Positions 24,706 to 33,531 of a stretch of DNA of 64,000 nt are shown here, piece after piece (position 1 is the first letter of the stretch; each line of letters starts with the position of its first letter). The position numbers were made by a program, and so were the translations under genes. Location: the NCBI GenBank assembly GCA_051872635.1, contig JBJEEA010000005.1, forward strand, positions 77-64,076. The letters run 5' to 3'. The stretch comes from Bacilli bacterium (GTDB taxonomy: Bacteria > Bacillota_I > Bacilli_A > RF39 > UBA660). A model generated the notes under the pieces. The model did not search any database and was not told where the DNA came from. It worked only from the letters and a program-made list of their open reading frames with translations.

Positions 24706-26883
24706 ATGAAAATAAAAGTAGAAAAAAAAGATTTAATAATATTTATAGCTTTTTGCGTTTTCCTATTATATTTATGCGCTATTGGAGTTTTAAATGCCTC
24801 AAGCATAGCAAGTGAAGGTAAATTTTATGGATTTTTACCATTTAAAGCTTTTACTTCTAAATATATTGGTATGACACTATTACTTTTTTTAGCATCAATT
24901 ATTGGTATTTTTTTAGCAGTAAAGTCTTATATTTTCGATCATGAAAAGGGATTTGGACTTTCAATTGGCTCTAAAAAAGAAAAAGGATATTCTAGATGGG
25001 CCACTGATAACGAATTTAAAAAAGGATTAGATATAGTTAATATTAAAGATGAAAAAATTCCAGCAGCAGGTATTGCTTTATATAGTAAAAAAGGAAAAAT
25101 GTGGGTTGATAATGGTGAAGACCACTATTTAGTCATGGGTGCTACTGGTTCTGGTAAAACTGTTATTGTAGCAAAGCCAATGATAAAATTACTTGCCAAA
25201 CATGACGAATCAATGATTTTAACAGATCCTAAGGGTGAATTATATGAAGAAACCGCCGAAATGTTAAAAGCAGAAGGATATAATATAATTACCTTAAATT
25301 TTAGAGATCCAGGTCATGGTAATGCTTGGAACCCTATGAGCTTACCTTATCAATTATATAAAGATGGAAATCAAGATAAAGCAATTGAACTCTTAGATGA
25401 CTTAGCATTAAATATACTATATGATGAAAAAACAACTGGTGATCCCTTTTGGGAAAAAACCGCGGCAGATTATTTTACTGGTTTGGCTTTAGGACTATTT
25501 GAAGATGGTACAGAAGCTCAAATAAACTTAAATAGTTTAAATTTAATGTGTAGCTTAGGTGAAGAAAGATTTGGTGGACCAAATAATAATTATATAAAAG
25601 AGTACTTTAATAGCAAAGATCCATCAAAACCAGCATATATAAATGCATCTGGTACCGTATTTACTGCCGATGAAACAAAGCAAGGTATTATTGCAACTTT
25701 TAAACAAAAAATAAAGCTATTTTCATCACGTGAAAACTTATCAGAAATGCTTGCTTATAGTGACTTTGATATGCGTGAGATAGGACGAAAGAAAACAGCG
25801 GTATTTTTAATCGTTCAAGATGAAAAGAAAACACTTCATCCACTTGCCACTATTTTCATTAAACAGTGTTATGAAACACTTATAGATGTGGCACAGGAAT
25901 GTGGTGGAAAACTGCCGTTTAGAACTAACTTTATTCTAGATGAATTTGCCAATATGCCACCACTTAAAGATGTAACAACAATGGTAACTGCTGCTAGAAG
26001 TAGATTAATTAGGTTCACTTTTATAATACAGAATTTTGCCCAACTTACTAAAGTTTATGGAAAAGAAGATGGGGATACCATACGAGGAAACTGTAATTTA
26101 TTATATTTAATAAGTAGTGAAATAGCAGCCTTGGAAGAAATAAGCAAAATGTGTGGGGAAGTAAAGTCAAAAGAAAAAGAAAAAACCGCTTCAACCCCAC
26201 TAGTTACAGTAAGTGATTTACAGAGATTAAATAAATTTGAAATAATCGTTTTAAGAAGAAGAATGTTCCCATTCAAAACTAGATTTCAGACAGATTTTGA
26301 AGTTGACTGGGGTAGAACTTATCCAAAAGCCACACCACCATCTAGAGAAAGAAGAGAACTAGAACTATTTGATATAAGAGAATTTGTAAAAGCTAAAAAG
26401 CAAGAGAAAATGCAACAAATGACAAATAATATGGGTAGTAGTCCTTTTATGAATAGTCCTTTTGGAGGATCTGTATCTCCATTTGGAGTTTCAAATCCAT
26501 TTATTCAACCTAGTCCATTTAGTTCTTCTTCTCCAGAGTTTATGGGAGGTCCTAAATCTTCTAACAATAGTGAAAATGAAACTTTTAATATTGATGAATT
26601 AGTCAAGAAAATAGATGCTAAAATAGCAGAAATAGAAAAAGAAGAAGCCGAAGAAAATCAGAAAAACAGTCTTTCATTTAATGAATTAATAAAACCACAA
26701 AACAATGAAAAAGAAAACATTGCTTTTGATGAAAAATCAAATGATAATACTGTTGTGATTAATAATCAAGTCGAAGAAACTTTATCTAATAAAGAAAATG
26801 AAGAAGATAAAAATAGTAGCTCTTTATATGAAGATGATACTGATGATGACGCCTTCTTTGATGATTTCTTTAGTGATGATTAA
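24706..26883 (+). CDS. virD4: VirD4/TraG-family type IV coupling protein (T4CP)
   Basis: Two N-terminal TMs, Walker A MGATGSGKT, Walker B FILDEFANMPP, IQNFAQL. Long low-complexity C-terminal tail. Confidence 0.85.
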   Translation: MKIKVEKKDLIIFIAFCVFLLYLCAIGVLNASSIASEGKFYGFLPFKAFTSKYIGMTLLLFLASIIGIFLAVKSYIFDHEKGFGLSIGSKKEKGYSRWATDNEFKKGLDIVNIKDEKIPAAGIALYSKKGKMWVDNGEDHYLVMGATGSGKTVIVAKPMIKLLAKHDESMILTDPKGELYEETAEMLKAEGYNIITLNFRDPGHGNAWNPMSLPYQLYKDGNQDKAIELLDDLALNILYDEKTTGDPFWEKTAADYFTGLALGLFEDGTEAQINLNSLNLMCSLGEERFGGPNNNYIKEYFNSKDPSKPAYINASGTVFTADETKQGIIATFKQKIKLFSSRENLSEMLAYSDFDMREIGRKKTAVFLIVQDEKKTLHPLATIFIKQCYETLIDVAQECGGKLPFRTNFILDEFANMPPLKDVTTMVTAARSRLIRFTFIIQNFAQLTKVYGKEDGDTIRGNCNLLYLISSEIAALEEISKMCGEVKSKEKEKTASTPLVTVSDLQRLNKFEIIVLRRRMFPFKTRFQTDFEVDWGRTYPKATPPSRERRELELFDIREFVKAKKQEKMQQMTNNMGSSPFMNSPFGGSVSPFGVSNPFIQPSPFSSSSPEFMGGPKSSNNSENETFNIDELVKKIDAKIAEIEKEEAEENQKNSLSFNELIKPQNNEKENIAFDEKSNDNTVVINNQVEETLSNKENEEDKNSSSLYEDDTDDDAFFDDFFSDD

Positions 26884-26890
26884 TAAATAT

Positions 26891-26924
26891 AAAGATATAG
26901 TAAAAAAATTTTACTATATCTTTT
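26891..26924 (+). terminator. Rho-independent terminator closing the T4SS module
   Basis: AAAGATATAGTAAAA / TTTTACTATATCTTT stem. Confidence 0.6.
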
Positions 26925-27134
26925 ACTTTATATTATTTGATAAAAAAACAAAACATATAAATTAAAAAATATTATAATCAATTATACAATATAAACTAAA
27001 TGTAGTACTTCCTTTAAATATAACATTTTTATTATAGGACAATAGTTTAAAATATTATTAAAATATAAAGACTTATTGTGTTTATTAACTTTTCACATTT
27101 AAAATAAATGTATATATTATAGTGAGGTGTAATT

Positions 27135-27410
27135 ATGAATACAATTAGTTTTGAAAGTTTAAAAAAAATAACTAATCCTATTATAATTGATATTAGAGAT
27201 AATTATTCATACAATATTTCTCATGTCAAAGGTTCAATAAATATACCTTACTATAATCTATTAAATAATTATTCACATTATCTAAATAAAAATAATGTTT
27301 ATTATCTATATTGTGAAGAAGGAAAACAATCTTATGAAATAAGTAAAAGACTTAATTCATTTGGATATAAAACTAAATCAATTGAAGGTGGATATTTAGC
27401 TATTAAATAA
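27135..27410 (+). CDS. Single-domain rhodanese-like sulfurtransferase
   Basis: IIIDIRDNYSYNISHVKGSINIP and active-site loop YCEEGKQS; 91 aa. Confidence 0.75.
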   Translation: MNTISFESLKKITNPIIIDIRDNYSYNISHVKGSINIPYYNLLNNYSHYLNKNNVYYLYCEEGKQSYEISKRLNSFGYKTKSIEGGYLAIK

Positions 27411-27445
27411 TTCAACTAAATCATTTATTAAACATATATTTTAAT

Positions 27446-28195
27446 ATGAAGATGAACTTGAGACCTCGAAAAAGGAAAACAAATAAAATATTTAAAATCA
27501 TCATTATAATAACTACCTTATTGATTATTATGATTATGGTGTTTATAAATTATTATTCTAAGAAATCATTACCCGTTCTTGTTTCTTATGCCGAATCTGA
27601 AGCAAAGAAATTAACAATATTGATAATTAATAAAGCTGTTACTAAACAAATATCTAGCATGGAAACCGATGATCTATTTGACATTATCTATAGCAGTGAT
27701 GGTGAAATTCAAATGATAGATTTTAATTCTAAAAATGCAACTAAAATTTTAAGCACTATGACAAGTTTGGTAGAATTAAATTTAAGAGCTGTCGAAGAAG
27801 GCAAAATTGATATGTTAGAACTTCCTGAAAATAGTTTAAGCGATTATGATATGGATTTATTAGAAAAAGGTATAATATTTGAAATACCACTAGGAATTAC
27901 TACTGGATCTAATCTTTTGTATAATATTGGCCCTAAAATTCCAGTAAGACTATCTTTAGTAGGAGATGTATCGACATGCTTTAAAACCGAAATAGAAGAG
28001 TATGGTATAAATAGTGCACTTTTGAAATTAATGATTAATATTAAAGTAACTACAAAAGTAATTCTTCCTATTGTAACAGATGAAGTAATTATTGATTGCA
28101 ATATACCAATAGCAATGAAGATAATCCAAGGAAAAATACCCGATTATTATATGAACGGATTCACAACTAAATCAAATATAGTAGAGGGAAATTAA
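27446..28195 (+). CDS. yunB: Sporulation protein YunB
   Basis: IPLGITTGSNLLYNIGPKIPVRLSLVGD...YGINSAL closely parallels B. subtilis YunB (IPLGQVTGNSLLGNLGPKIPVRFNLIGD...YGINNAL). N-terminal TM. Confidence 0.8.
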   Translation: MKMNLRPRKRKTNKIFKIIIIITTLLIIMIMVFINYYSKKSLPVLVSYAESEAKKLTILIINKAVTKQISSMETDDLFDIIYSSDGEIQMIDFNSKNATKILSTMTSLVELNLRAVEEGKIDMLELPENSLSDYDMDLLEKGIIFEIPLGITTGSNLLYNIGPKIPVRLSLVGDVSTCFKTEIEEYGINSALLKLMINIKVTTKVILPIVTDEVIIDCNIPIAMKIIQGKIPDYYMNGFTTKSNIVEGN

Positions 28196-28279
28196 CTGTC
28201 TAGCATTTTGTAAATAGATAGTTTTTTTCTTTACATCTAAAGCCTTTTCATATATAATATGATTATAAAAGGTGATAAC

Positions 28280-29593
28280 ATGAAGCTAACAAAAGAAGTA
28301 GTAAGAAGAATATCAACTATTAAAAAAGAACCAAAATGGATGTTAGATTTTAGATTAACATCTTTAGATGCTTTTAATAAAAGTAGTAATCCAAATTTTG
28401 GACCAAAACTAGATATAGATTATGATAGTATAAACTATTATAAAGAAAGAGAAAATAATTTAACAGATAATTGGAATAATATATCTTGTAACGTAAGAAA
28501 TTTATTTGATGATTTAGGAGTCATTTCCGCTGAAAAAAAATACCTAGATGGTATGGGAGCACAGTATGATAGTGAAGTAATATACCATAATATGAATAAA
28601 GAATTAAAAGAAAAAAATATTATTTTCCTAGATACTGATACGGCTTTAAAAGAGCATCCTGAAATATTTAAAAAATATTTTAATAAATTAGTAAAATATA
28701 ATGAAAATAAATTTACAGCTTTAAATGGTGCAGTTTGGTCGGGTGGAACATTTATATATATACCACCCAATACTAAATTAGATCGTCCTTTACAAAGCTA
28801 TTTTCGTATAAACAGTAAAAATATGGGACAATTTGAAAGAACTCTAATTATTGTTGATGATAACAGCAGTCTTCACTATATTGAAGGATGCACTGCTCCA
28901 ACATATACCGAAGATTCACTACATGCAGCAGTAGTAGAAATATTTGTTGGTAAAAATGCTACTTGCAGATATACTACAATCCAAAATTGGTCTACTGATG
29001 TTTATAATTTAGTTACCAAAAGAGCCATTGTTGAAGAAAACGGTTTAATGGAATGGATAGATGGTAATATTGGATCTAAAACTAATATGAAATATCCTTG
29101 CTGTATATTAAAAGGAGATGGTGCTAGAGGAAGTTGCATAACCGTCGCAGCAGCTGGTAAAGATCAAATTCAAGATAGCGGCGCTAAAATGATTCATATT
29201 GGAAAAAATACTAAAAGTAATATAGTATCAAAATCAATTGCTTCAAATGGTGGCAATGCCACATATCGTGGAGAAGTAAAAATAACAAGAAATGCTACTG
29301 GATCAAAAGCCTCAGTCAAATGTGACACTTTAATATTAGATTCTATTTCTAAAAGTGATACAATACCCACTAATAGTGTAAATAACTTATCATCATTTCT
29401 AGAACACGAAGCAACTGTATCAAAAATATCCGAAGATAAATTATTTTATCTTATGTCAAAAGGAATAAGTGAAGAAAAAGCCAAAGAATTAATAATAATG
29501 GGATTTATTGGCGCTTTTAGAGAAGAATTACCAATGGAATATGCAGTTGAATTAAATAGACTATTAGCATTAAATATAGGAGAAAATAAATGA
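28280..29593 (+). CDS. sufB: Fe-S cluster assembly scaffold SufB
   Basis: Start after [30 protein letters not shown] and the beta-helix repeat region typical of SufB. Confidence 0.85.
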   Translation: MKLTKEVVRRISTIKKEPKWMLDFRLTSLDAFNKSSNPNFGPKLDIDYDSINYYKERENNLTDNWNNISCNVRNLFDDLGVISAEKKYLDGMGAQYDSEVIYHNMNKELKEKNIIFLDTDTALKEHPEIFKKYFNKLVKYNENKFTALNGAVWSGGTFIYIPPNTKLDRPLQSYFRINSKNMGQFERTLIIVDDNSSLHYIEGCTAPTYTEDSLHAAVVEIFVGKNATCRYTTIQNWSTDVYNLVTKRAIVEENGLMEWIDGNIGSKTNMKYPCCILKGDGARGSCITVAAAGKDQIQDSGAKMIHIGKNTKSNIVSKSIASNGGNATYRGEVKITRNATGSKASVKCDTLILDSISKSDTIPTNSVNNLSSFLEHEATVSKISEDKLFYLMSKGISEEKAKELIIMGFIGAFREELPMEYAVELNRLLALNIGENK

Positions 29594-30873
29594 AAAAAAT
29601 AATTATAACATTTATATTATTACTTATAATTACATTATTAGGATATTTTACCTATGTTAATTATATAAAAGATAAAATTTCTAAAATAAAACCTGAAGAT
29701 GAAGTAGTAGATATTACAGAATATTATATTTATGGCAATCATCTGAATATTAAAGGAAACATTAAACTTTCAAATAAAAATTATCAGAGCATTGTCCTTA
29801 ATATGCATGGTATAGAAGATAAAGATATTGAACTAAAAATAGAAGAAGAAAGTTCCAAAATAAATTTCTATGTTTCTGAAACTTTAAATGAAGGAATTTA
29901 TTTGGACGATTTGCCAAGAGGCATATATTATCTCTTTCTAAAAATTACATATGAAAATAGTGAAAACCCCGAAAAAGAATTAGTAAAGTACTATACTTTA
30001 AAAAATAATACAGACTACAAAGAAACTAGTTATTATACTTTGTCTAAATATAATAATAAAATAATAATAAATTCAGACAATGAATATAATACAATGGCAT
30101 TAAATATCAAAGAAAATAAAGATTCAAAAGAGATTGCTGATATAACTCTAGATCCAGGTCATGGAGGTATGGATGGCGGAGGAACCGCAAATAATTATAA
30201 AGAAACTGACTTTACTTTAGACATATGTGAAAAAATTAAAGATAATTTAGAAAAGTCTGGATTAAAAGTAAAACTTACACACAAAAAGGAAGATTTAAGT
30301 AGTGGTGAAGTACTTGATGAATATAATACCAATGGCAGAGCTGTAATTCCAAATGAAGTAATGTCAAAATACACTTTTTCTATTCATATAAATACAAATA
30401 ATTCTAGCTCAGTAAATGGATTAGAAATATATACCGCGAGTGATATAAATTATGATTTAGCTAAGTCATTAGCAGATAGTATTACTTCTTATACGGGCAT
30501 AAATTATTCAACTAATAAATTATATAAAATGTATGATGGAGTATATACCCATAATTTTACTGAGAGTGAAGTAACATCAGCTCTAGAAAAGTATAAACAA
30601 AAAAATTATAAACCATATAATGTTACAACAAAATCAAATTTTTTATATATGATAAGAGAAACAGGTGGCTTTATGACAGGAGCTTATATTGATGATAGTA
30701 ATCCTGAAAAAGTAGGAGTAAACCCTTATTATAATAGCAATATTGGTAATGAATCTTATTTATTAGAAATAGCATATCTATCAAACAAGAATGATCTAAA
30801 TATACTAATAGATAAACAAGATAAATTTGCCGAAGCAATTGCAGACTCAATAAAAAAAGAATTAGGTATATAA
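29590..30873 (+). CDS. N-acetylmuramoyl-L-alanine amidase (Amidase_3) with an N-terminal anchor and ~190-aa extra domain
   Basis: [43 protein letters not shown]. Confidence 0.8.
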   Translation: MKKIIITFILLLIITLLGYFTYVNYIKDKISKIKPEDEVVDITEYYIYGNHLNIKGNIKLSNKNYQSIVLNMHGIEDKDIELKIEEESSKINFYVSETLNEGIYLDDLPRGIYYLFLKITYENSENPEKELVKYYTLKNNTDYKETSYYTLSKYNNKIIINSDNEYNTMALNIKENKDSKEIADITLDPGHGGMDGGGTANNYKETDFTLDICEKIKDNLEKSGLKVKLTHKKEDLSSGEVLDEYNTNGRAVIPNEVMSKYTFSIHINTNNSSSVNGLEIYTASDINYDLAKSLADSITSYTGINYSTNKLYKMYDGVYTHNFTESEVTSALEKYKQKNYKPYNVTTKSNFLYMIRETGGFMTGAYIDDSNPEKVGVNPYYNSNIGNESYLLEIAYLSNKNDLNILIDKQDKFAEAIADSIKKELGI

Positions 30874-30942
30874 TAAATGTGTCAAATTTGTGTCAACTAA
30901 AAAAAATATTAAAAATAGATTTTTAATTAAATAAAATGAGGA

Positions 30943-30977
30943 AAAAGAATTTTTTGATATTTAAAAATTCTTTTTTT
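30943..30977 (+). terminator. Rho-independent terminator after the amidase gene
   Basis: AAGAATTTTT / AAAAATTCTT stem followed by TTTTT. Confidence 0.5.
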
Positions 30978-31063
30978 ATATAAAATAACAATCAAATAAA
31001 CAATTTTGACTATTTGTCATAGTACTTTAAACTATGATATATTTCATAGCGAAAGGAGGTATT

Positions 31064-31435
31064 ATGGTTAATCAAATAGTTTTAGTTGGAAGAATAGCTA
31101 GAGCTCCAGAAACAAAGGTAACAGAGAATGGTAAGAAATATGCTACGCTTACTTTAGCCGTACCTAGAAATTACAAAAATAGTAATGGTGAATATGAAAC
31201 CGATTTCTTAGAATGTACACTTTGGGCCGCTGTTGCCGAATCAACTAGTGAGTATTGTCAAGCTGGAGATATGATCGGTGTAAAGGGACGTGTTCAATCG
31301 AGAATTATTGAATCACCAGAAGGTATAAGAAAAAAGAAAACCGAAATAATCGCTGAAAAAGTAACGTTTTTAACATCAAATTCTTCTCATAAAAGAAAAG
31401 ATGAAGTAGTTAAAGAAACAGAAGCAGGTAATTAA
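31064..31435 (+). CDS. ssb: Single-stranded DNA-binding protein, SsbB-like (no acidic C-terminal tail)
   Basis: RBS GAAAGGAGG. MVNQIVLVGRIARAPE...TDFLECTLWAAVAE OB-fold. Ends ...VVKETEAGN rather than a D-D-x-P-F tail. Confidence 0.8.
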   Translation: MVNQIVLVGRIARAPETKVTENGKKYATLTLAVPRNYKNSNGEYETDFLECTLWAAVAESTSEYCQAGDMIGVKGRVQSRIIESPEGIRKKKTEIIAEKVTFLTSNSSHKRKDEVVKETEAGN

Positions 31436-31683
31436 AACTGCTTCTTTATTTATCTTTTTAATAAAAATATATTTAATTATCATATATATAGTTTAAAACT
31501 ATGTACATAAATTATCTTATTTAAAGTAATACTAATTAATAAATAACTAATAAACTATTCACAGCATAAATTTTGTTTAAAAAAAATAGTTAACAAATAG
31601 TTAATTATCTATACATTTTTAAATTTTTGTTATACAATAACATTAACAAGGAGATAACTAAATCTATAAGGCAGGTATATATT

Positions 31684-32037
31684 ATGATAGGAAAACGTGT
31701 AAGAGAATTGAGAATAGAAAAGGGCTTTTCACAGCAAGAACTTGGCTCTGCTATAGGAGTTACTAAAGTATCAATTTGTGGATATGAAAATGGTACGAGA
31801 ATTCCAAGTCTAGAAAATTTAGTTAAGATTGCAGAAGCATTAGAGACAACTACAGATTATTTACTAGGAAGAGAAGTGCCAATTATAAATGAAGAAAATC
31901 GTTCATACATAGCTTCTATTTCATATGAAGATGTCTGTTTAATATTAGAATTAAGACATTATCCCAATTTATATAACAAATTACTTAAAGATACTAAGAG
32001 ATCTGCAAGTATAATTAATAAAAGATTACTAAAGTGA
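31684..32037 (+). CDS. XRE-family helix-turn-helix transcriptional regulator
   Basis: IGKRVRELRIEKGFSQQELGSAIGVTKVSICGYENGTRIPSLENLVKIAEAL. Stop lies 15 nt before the asnS start. Confidence 0.75.
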   Translation: MIGKRVRELRIEKGFSQQELGSAIGVTKVSICGYENGTRIPSLENLVKIAEALETTTDYLLGREVPIINEENRSYIASISYEDVCLILELRHYPNLYNKLLKDTKRSASIINKRLLK

Positions 32038-32051
32038 AAGAAGGAAATATA

Positions 32052-33425
32052 ATGCTAGATGTAAAAGATTTATATGAAAAAAATTTTGAAGGAAAAGAAA
32101 TAACAATAAGTGGCTGGATTAAAAGTCATAGGAAGCAAGCCCATTTTGGCTTTATTGATTTATCAGATGGTACATATTTTAAACCTCTGCAAGTAGTTTA
32201 TGATGATAATCTTAAAAATTTTGATGAAATAACTAAATTAAAATTAGGATCTGCTATTACTGTAACAGGTACATTAGTTAGTTCTCCTAAAGAAGGCCAA
32301 AAATTTGAACTTAATTTAAAATCGTATGTTTTAGAAGGAGATTGCCTTGATGATTATCCCCTTCAAGCAAAAGGAAGACCAACACGAGAATTTTTAAGAG
32401 AAATAGCATATTTAAGACCTAGAACAAATTTATTTAATGCCGTATTTAGAGTTAGAAGTGTAGCGGCTTATGCTATTCATAAATACTTTCAAGAAAGAGG
32501 TTATGTTTATTTTCACGCTCCGCTAATAACTGCTTCTGACTGTGAAGGCGCAGGACAAATGTTCGGAGTTACAACTTTAGACTTAAATAAAATAGCTCAA
32601 GATGGTAAAGTAGATTATAGTAAAGACTTTTTTGGCAAACAGACATCACTTACTGTATCAGGACAGTTAGAAGCAGAAACTTTTGCTATGGCTTATAAAA
32701 AAGTATATACTTTTGGTCCAACCTTTAGAGCAGAAAACTCAAATACTAAAACACATGCTTCTGAATTTTGGATGATTGAACCTGAAATTGCGTTTTGTGA
32801 TTTAGAAGGTGATATGGATATCATGGAAGATATGCTAAAGTATATAGTTAAATATGTTTTAGATAATTGCCCAGATGAAATAGCATTCTTTGATAAATTT
32901 GTTGAAAAAGGTTTAATTAATAAATTAACTAAATTAATAAATAGTACTTTCGTTAGAATCGATCATGAAGAAGTAATAAGAATTTTAAAAGAAGCAAAAA
33001 TAAAATGGGAATTTGAACCGGAATATGGTCAAGATATAGCTAAAGAACACGAAAAATATATAACCGAATATTTTGATGGACCTGTTTTTATAAAAAATTG
33101 GCCTAAAGATATTAAAGCTTTCTATATGAAGCAGAATCCTGATGGTAAAACAGTAGCAGCAGTAGATCTAGAAGTCCCAGGAGCAGGAGAACTTATCGGT
33201 GGAAGTCAAAGAGAAGAAAATTATGATAAATTAGTTACTAGAATGAAAGAAATAGGAATTGATCCTAAATCAATGGAATGGTATTTAAATTTAAGACGTT
33301 TTGGAGGTTGCACACATTCAGGATTTGGTATGGGCTTTGAAAGACTCTTGATATATTTAACTGGCGTAGATAATATTAGAGATGTTATTCCATATCCTAG
33401 AACACCAGGCAATTGTGATTATTAA
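32052..33425 (+). CDS. asnS: Asparagine--tRNA ligase
   Basis: FRAENSNTKTHASEFWMIEPE, GGSQRE, HSGFGMGFERL; length ~457 aa. Confidence 0.9.
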   Translation: MLDVKDLYEKNFEGKEITISGWIKSHRKQAHFGFIDLSDGTYFKPLQVVYDDNLKNFDEITKLKLGSAITVTGTLVSSPKEGQKFELNLKSYVLEGDCLDDYPLQAKGRPTREFLREIAYLRPRTNLFNAVFRVRSVAAYAIHKYFQERGYVYFHAPLITASDCEGAGQMFGVTTLDLNKIAQDGKVDYSKDFFGKQTSLTVSGQLEAETFAMAYKKVYTFGPTFRAENSNTKTHASEFWMIEPEIAFCDLEGDMDIMEDMLKYIVKYVLDNCPDEIAFFDKFVEKGLINKLTKLINSTFVRIDHEEVIRILKEAKIKWEFEPEYGQDIAKEHEKYITEYFDGPVFIKNWPKDIKAFYMKQNPDGKTVAAVDLEVPGAGELIGGSQREENYDKLVTRMKEIGIDPKSMEWYLNLRRFGGCTHSGFGMGFERLLIYLTGVDNIRDVIPYPRTPGNCDY

Positions 33426-33434
33426 AAAATTACT

Positions 33435-33467
33435 AAATAAATAGTGTAAAAACTATTTATTTTTTTC
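33435..33467 (+). terminator. Rho-independent terminator after asnS
   Basis: AAATAAATAGT / ACTATTTATTT stem followed by a T-run. Confidence 0.6.
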
Positions 33468-33531
33468 TAAAAATTACCATGTTAATATTATGCATAATTG
33501 GTAATACTATAACTGGAAAGGAGTAATTTTT

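Noticed and set aside
5368-26924. Calling the locus a Tn916/ICEBs1/pCW3-type integrative conjugative element
   Set aside because: The core T4SS genes fit, but no integrase, excisionase, relaxase, oriT or att repeats could be identified in the window. The Tad module is foreign to those families. ICE status is left as an open hypothesis, not an annotation.
31005-31040. Promoter upstream of the SsbB-like gene (TTGACT … TATGAT)
   Set aside because: Spacing between the candidate -35 and -10 hexamers is ~21 nt, and the alternative pairings are weak. Not reported as a feature.
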